64,000 bases of DNA from an uncultured Bacteroidales bacterium (GTDB taxonomy: Bacteria > Bacteroidota > Bacteroidia > Bacteroidales > VadinHA17): the NCBI GenBank assembly GCA_963702415.1, contig CAVPCP010000025.1, positions 29,973-93,972 on the forward strand, read 5' to 3'. Shown piece after piece: positions 59,205 to 64,000 of this stretch. The notes beneath the pieces were generated by a model, which worked only from the letters and a program-made list of their open reading frames with translations, did no database searches and was not told the origin of the DNA. The position numbers and the translations under genes are program-made. Position 1 is the stretch's first letter. Each line of letters starts with the position of its first letter.

Positions 59205-60253
59205 TAGAGGTTAAACGAGAAGGAATTATACTAAATAAAACTTCTTTGGAATTTGAAAACGAGGGAGTTCTGAATCCCGCAGTAATACGTGAAGGAGACA
59301 GCGTTCATCTTTTTTATCGCGCTGTTCAAAAAGGAAATCATTCCAGCATCGGTTATTGCAGGCTGGATGGTCCGCTGACAGTTGCTGAACGATGGGATAA
59401 ACCGTTCATCCTTCCTGAATTCGAATATGAATCACAGGGTGTTGAAGATGCCCGCATTGTTAAAATTGATAACACTTATTTTTTAACATACACGGGATAC
59501 GATGGGACAAATGCCCGAGGGGCCTTAGCTACTTCAAAAGATTTAAGGCATTTTAAAAAAAAGGGGATCATTGTCCCTCCAATCACATACGCAGAGTTTG
59601 TATTCCTTGCTGAATCTGCCAATAAAGTGAATGAGAATTATTACCGTAATCATAAGTTTTATTACCAGGAAGCCGATCCTGAAAAAAAAATGATGCTGTG
59701 GGATAAAAATGTAGTTTTCTTCCCAAGGAGAATAAATGGGCAACTTGTGTTTCTTCACCGGATAAGACCAGGTATTCAGATTACTTTCGTAAAACGCCTA
59801 AAGGAACTGACCAAAGAATTTTGGATGAATTACTTCATGGACCTCCAGGAGCATATTGTGCTTGACCCCATTCATGGACATGAATCAAGTTACATAGGCA
59901 GCGGCTGCCCCCCAATTGAAACAGAACACGGGTGGCTCCTGATTTACCATGGAGTTGAGGAAACCGACAAAGGGCTTGTATATTCTGCATGTGCAGCTCT
60001 GCTCGATCTTAATGAACCTTCCAGAGAGCTTGCACGGCTTCCTTATGCATTGTTTTCTCCGGAACTTGAATGGGAGCTGCATGGCGAAGTAAATAATGTA
60101 GTTTTCCCTACCGGTACATCAATATTTGGAAGTACTTTATTTATTTATTATGGAGCTGCAGACACACACGTTGCATGCGCTTCGGTGAATTTAAAGGAAC
60201 TGGTAGCTGAATTATTAACATTTACCACAAAAGATGAAAAAGAAATCCGTTGA
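59201..60253 (+). CDS. GH130 family glycosidase/phosphorylase
   Basis: GVLNPAV, LFYRA, GVEDARI, TYTGYDG, DKN, WLLIYHGV, NVVFP, YYGAAD. Confidence 0.88.
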   Translation: MIEVKREGIILNKTSLEFENEGVLNPAVIREGDSVHLFYRAVQKGNHSSIGYCRLDGPLTVAERWDKPFILPEFEYESQGVEDARIVKIDNTYFLTYTGYDGTNARGALATSKDLRHFKKKGIIVPPITYAEFVFLAESANKVNENYYRNHKFYYQEADPEKKMMLWDKNVVFFPRRINGQLVFLHRIRPGIQITFVKRLKELTKEFWMNYFMDLQEHIVLDPIHGHESSYIGSGCPPIETEHGWLLIYHGVEETDKGLVYSACAALLDLNEPSRELARLPYALFSPELEWELHGEVNNVVFPTGTSIFGSTLFIYYGAADTHVACASVNLKELVAELLTFTTKDEKEIR

Positions 60254-62496
60254 ACTGTCTGAAATTCTGTTTATTACTTCATATCCGCCGAGGGTATGCG
60301 GTATAGCTACCTATTCGCAGGATCTGATAAGAGCACTTGATAATAAATTCAGTAATTCATTATCGATAAAAGTTTGTGCATTGGAATCAGGAGAAAAGGA
60401 TTTCCGGTATGGCAGCAAAGTAAAGTATATCCTTAAAACCTCAATAGCAGATGAATATGAAAAACTGGCATTAAAAATCAATAGTGACAATTGCATTAAA
60501 ATAATCCTGATCCAGCATGAGTTTGGCTTTTTTAAAGTTCAGGAACAATCATTTCAGCAATTCTTAAATAAACTTTCGAAGCCTGTTGTCATTGTTTTTC
60601 ATACCGTGCTGCCCAATCCAAATAAGCATTTAAGGATAAAAGTCCGGAATATTGCAGATGCCTGCCATTCGGTTGTGGTAATGACAAATAATTCCATGCA
60701 GATGTTAACAGATAGCTATGGAGTCGGGAAGGAAAAAATAAAAGTCATTGCACATGGTACCCATCTGGTACAACATTTAAGCAAAGCATTCCTCAAAAAA
60801 GGATATGGATTAACGCACGTAAAGTGCTTACAACATTCGGACTGCTAAGTTCCGGAAAGAGTATTGAAACTACACTCAGAGCATTACCAGCTATAATAAA
60901 AACCAATCCTGATGTTGTATTTCTTATAATTGGCAAAACTCATCCTGAGGTTGTGAAAAGTGAAGGAGAACAATACAGGGAAAAACTTAAGGCCATAGTA
61001 AAGGCAAAAAAGCTAACCGGGCATGTAAAATTCATTAACAGATTTTTACCGTTGCCGGATCTTCTCGAATATTTACAGCTTACAGATATTTACCTGTTTA
61101 CCACCAATGATCCTAACCAGGCTGTAAGCGGAACATTTGTTTATGCCATGAGTTGCGGCTGCCCTATCATTTCTACACCAATCCCTCATGCAAAGGAAGT
61201 ATTGACAACAGATACCGGTATTATTTTTGATTTTCGTAACTCCCGGCAATTGGCAGATGGCGTTATAAGGTTACTTAATGATGAACCATTGCGAAGGAAT
61301 ATCAGTTCAAATACCCTTCAGAAAATAGTCTCCACAGCCTGGGAAAATTCTGCTGTTGCTCATGCTATGCTATTTGAAAAAATATCCGGTGGCACTATTT
61401 CAATACTATATAACCTCCCGGCTATCAACCTGAATCACCTGAAACTGATGACAACCAATACAGGGATCATCCAGTTTTCAAAGATCAATCAACCCGATAT
61501 AAGTTCTGGCTACACCCTTGATGATAATGCAAGGGCACTGATTGCTATGTGCATGCATTTCAGAATGACAGGCGATAACCAAGAGTCTACGTTATATTAA
61601 ACTATATATCAGTTTTATAAGTCATTGTCTTCAGCCTGCCGGCGACTTTTTAAATTATGTGGATAAAAATAAAAGCTTTACGGGCCAGAACCAGGCTACC
61701 AATCTGGATGATTCTAATGGTAGGGCTATCTGGGCACTTGGTTATCTGGTCTCTGCAAAAGATATTCTCCCGGAAGAAATTATAACAGAAGCAGCTTCAA
61801 TTATTCAAAAAACACTGCAACATGTAGAAACGATAAATTCCACTCGGGCTATGGCATTTGCCATAAAAGGTCTGTATTACTACCATAATGCAATAAAGTC
61901 AACTGAGACATCTTAACCTGATTCAAACACTCTCAAAACGGCTGGTTCAGATGTACAGGCATGAATCGGTTGAAAAATGGGATTGGTTTGAAGGTTATCT
62001 TACTTATGCCAATAGCATTTTACCTGAGGCAATGTTATATGCCTGGTTGTTAACCGGAGAAACTATTTATAAAGATATTGCCATATCGTCGTTTAATTTT
62101 CTTTTATCCCAAACCTTTAATGAAAACGGAATAGAAGTAATTTCAAACAAAAACTGGCTTCAAAAGGGACATGTAGCAGGTAATTTTGGCGAACAACCAA
62201 TTGATGTTGCCTATACAATAATGACCTTAAGTAAGTTTTACGATGTATTTATGGACGAGGAGTACCGAATGAAAATGGAAACTGCATTCAACTGGTTTTT
62301 AGGGAACAACCGGCTGCATCAGATTATTTACAATCCATGTACCGGTGGTTGTTACGACGGGCTTGAGGAAACTCATGTGAACCTCAATCAGGGTGCAGAA
62401 TCAACAATAAGCTACCTGATGGCACGGTTGACAATCGAAAAGTACAAGATTCCGGAAAGGAAACCCTGCAGCCAGCCGGTGGCCGAAAAGCCGTGA
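60234..62496 (+). CDS. GT4 glycosyltransferase fused to an (alpha/alpha)6 domain (3 frameshifts)
   Basis: YPPRVCGIATY, QHEFG, FGLLSSGKSIE, QAVSGT..YA, GIIQF..GYTLDDNARAL, DSNGRAIWALG, WFE..LTYAN, GEQP, GGCYDGL..NQGAEST across four ORFs. Confidence 0.88.
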
Positions 62497-62556
62497 ATGA
62501 TGCAAATTATATCAATAAATATGTAACCTTTTAGCCTGGGCCTTTCCTTAACTTTC
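62492..62556 (+). promoter_or_regulatory. regulon motif copy 10
   Basis: CGTGAATGATGCAA-N16-TGTAA-N22-TAACTTTC. Confidence 0.72.
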
Positions 62557-62583
62557 CATCAATATAATTAATGAAAAAATAAA

Positions 62584-62792
62584 ATGAAAAAAGCTGGTAT
62601 TGCCATTATGATTATTGGTTTATTGCTAACCATTTTTACAGCTTTAATTATTTTACCAGAGAAAAAGTAGTTGACCTGGGAAAAGTTGAAATCACTGCGA
62701 ACAAACGGCACCATGTTACATGGTCGCCACTGATTGGACTCGCTGTAATGGGGGTTGGCGGAGTTGTTTTACTGGTGTCATCAAAAAAATAG
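62584..62792 (+). CDS. small two-TM membrane protein (one frameshift near 62645)
   Basis: MKKAGIAIMIIGLLLTIFTA / NYFTREKVVDLGKVEIT...WSPLIGLAVMGVGGVVLLVSSKK*. Confidence 0.7.
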
Positions 62793-63458
62793 TGAAATTT
62801 TCAAAAAAGCCTCTTTCTATCAGCAAAAACAGTCGCCATTATAGTTGCACATCCCGATGATGAAACATTATGGGCCGGCGGCACAATACTGAGCCATCCC
62901 TCATGGAAGTGGTTTATTGTTTGCCTTTGCCGTGGAAACGATAAAGAACGCGCTTCCAGGTTTTACAGAGCTTTAAAAATCCTTAAATCGGAAGGGATCA
63001 TGGGCTGCCTGGATGACGGGCCTGAACAGAAGCCATTGGATGAAAAAGAGGTTGAGCGAGTTATACTGGACTTATTACCTCCTCATCATTTCGACCTGAT
63101 AATTTCCCATAATCCTGCCGGAGAATACACGAGACACCTCAGACATGAGGAAACGGGCAAAGCAGTTATCAGACTCTGGCATAAAGGGAAAATATCTGCC
63201 AATGAACTTTGGGTTTTTGCTTACAATGACGGTAACAAGCTGAATTATCCCATGGCTATCGAAACTGCAAATATTTATCGAAAGCTTACGAAAAGCATCT
63301 GGTTAAGAAAATACTACATCATTACTGAAACGTACGGATTCGAAAAAAACAGCTTTGAAGCGGAAACAACACCAAGGGCAGAGTCATTCTGGCGATTTAC
63401 AAAACATAATGATGCTCAAAATTGGCTTAGACAATTTGAAAATTTGAAAATGAGATAA
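62792..63458 (+). CDS. PIG-L/LmbE family deacetylase (start region frameshifted)
   Basis: The frame upstream of the 63000 ORF reads VAIIVAHPDDETLWAGG; later ISH...GEY..HLRH. Confidence 0.82.
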
Positions 63459-63531
63459 TTTGAAAATCAGAAGTTCTGACTTTATTTCATCAAGAATTTT
63501 CAAATCTTCATATTAATACATTTTCAAATTA
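63434..63531. repeat. octamer repeats in inverted arms (ATTTGAAA / TTTCAAAT)
   Basis: Three ATTTGAAAA units, a central TCAGAAGTTCTGA palindrome, then two TTTTCAAAT units. Confidence 0.6.
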
Positions 63532-63538
63532 TTTATCT

Positions 63539-64000
63539 ATGAAAGTACTGGTATTATATGATTATCCTCCTTCACCCGGAGGTCTTGCAACCCAGGGAGA
63601 TCTTCTTTACAGAGGTCTTCTTGAAATGGGTGTTGATGCACATGCTGTTCATTTCGAATCAGCTCAGGAGAAGGAATGGTACTATCGCTGGTTTGAACCC
63701 AATGTTGTTGTTGGCGTGGGTTACTGGGGGCATACACCCCAATTGGTCCTTCACCCGCAACGATATGGTGTACAGCCGGTACCATGGTTGGTTGCCGATG
63801 GGTATATTGCAAATTACCAGGAGGTTTTGAATGCACTTCCGCTCATACTGGTAACATCGAACTGGGTAAAGGAGATGTATATCCGTGATGGTATAAATGG
63901 CGATAAAATTGAAGTGTTACCTGTAGGATGTGATACGGATGCTTTTATCCCTCACAGTAAGGATGATCCGAAAATACTTGGCTGTCCGCGAAGCATTGGG
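63539..64000 (+). CDS. probable GT4 glycosyltransferase, N-terminal part (runs off the window)
   Basis: MKVLVLYDYPPSPGGLATQGDLLYRGL...LVTSNWVKEMY..DG....IEVLPVGCDTDAF, a GT-B N-terminal pattern; absent from the track. Confidence 0.75.
   Translation, partial: MKVLVLYDYPPSPGGLATQGDLLYRGLLEMGVDAHAVHFESAQEKEWYYRWFEPNVVVGVGYWGHTPQLVLHPQRYGVQPVPWLVADGYIANYQEVLNALPLILVTSNWVKEMYIRDGINGDKIEVLPVGCDTDAFIPHSKDDPKILGCPRSIG

Noticed and set aside
59201-60253. Cry-type toxin (a label often attached to such proteins)
   Set aside because: The motifs are those of GH130 five-bladed propellers.
1-64000. tRNA, rRNA, riboswitch, IS or integrase
   Set aside because: None recognised by eye; a covariance-model search would be needed to exclude small RNAs in spacers such as 20704-21020 and 51103-51570.

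Overview
Bacteroidota (Bacteroidales-like, probably anaerobic) DNA, judged from porQ-cmk-ispH, a SusC/SusD pair, a T9SS C-terminal sorting domain and TAnnTTTG-type promoter boxes. About 15-20 single-base frameshifts split otherwise intact genes; these look like long-read consensus errors rather than decay. Three things stand out. (1) At 2.5-14.7 kb is a self-contained respiratory/electron-export island: CcsBA heme maturase, Crp/Fnr regulator, a 6-heme lipoprotein with a collagen-like tether and one CX4CH motif, and an 8-gene operon (heme-c lipoprotein, outer-membrane beta-barrel, 7-heme cytochrome, di-heme cytochrome b, Tat Fe-S protein, NrfD, anchored protein, monoheme cytochrome). It has no catalytic terminal reductase and sits directly downstream of etfB-etfA-FadF/EMO-acyl-CoA dehydrogenase. 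(2) A rigidly spaced promoter motif (two TGTAA cores 21 bp apart, then 22 bp to the -7 box) occurs 10 times between 29.4 and 62.6 kb. It defines a candidate regulon, probably controlled by the local CxxC-AraC protein, covering general-stress-type genes, a beta-1,2-glucan PUL and a Kai module. (3) A kaiC-kaiB-kaiB-PAS operon without kaiA is divergent from a PAS hybrid kinase and response regulator. All product calls come from motif recognition, not from database searches.
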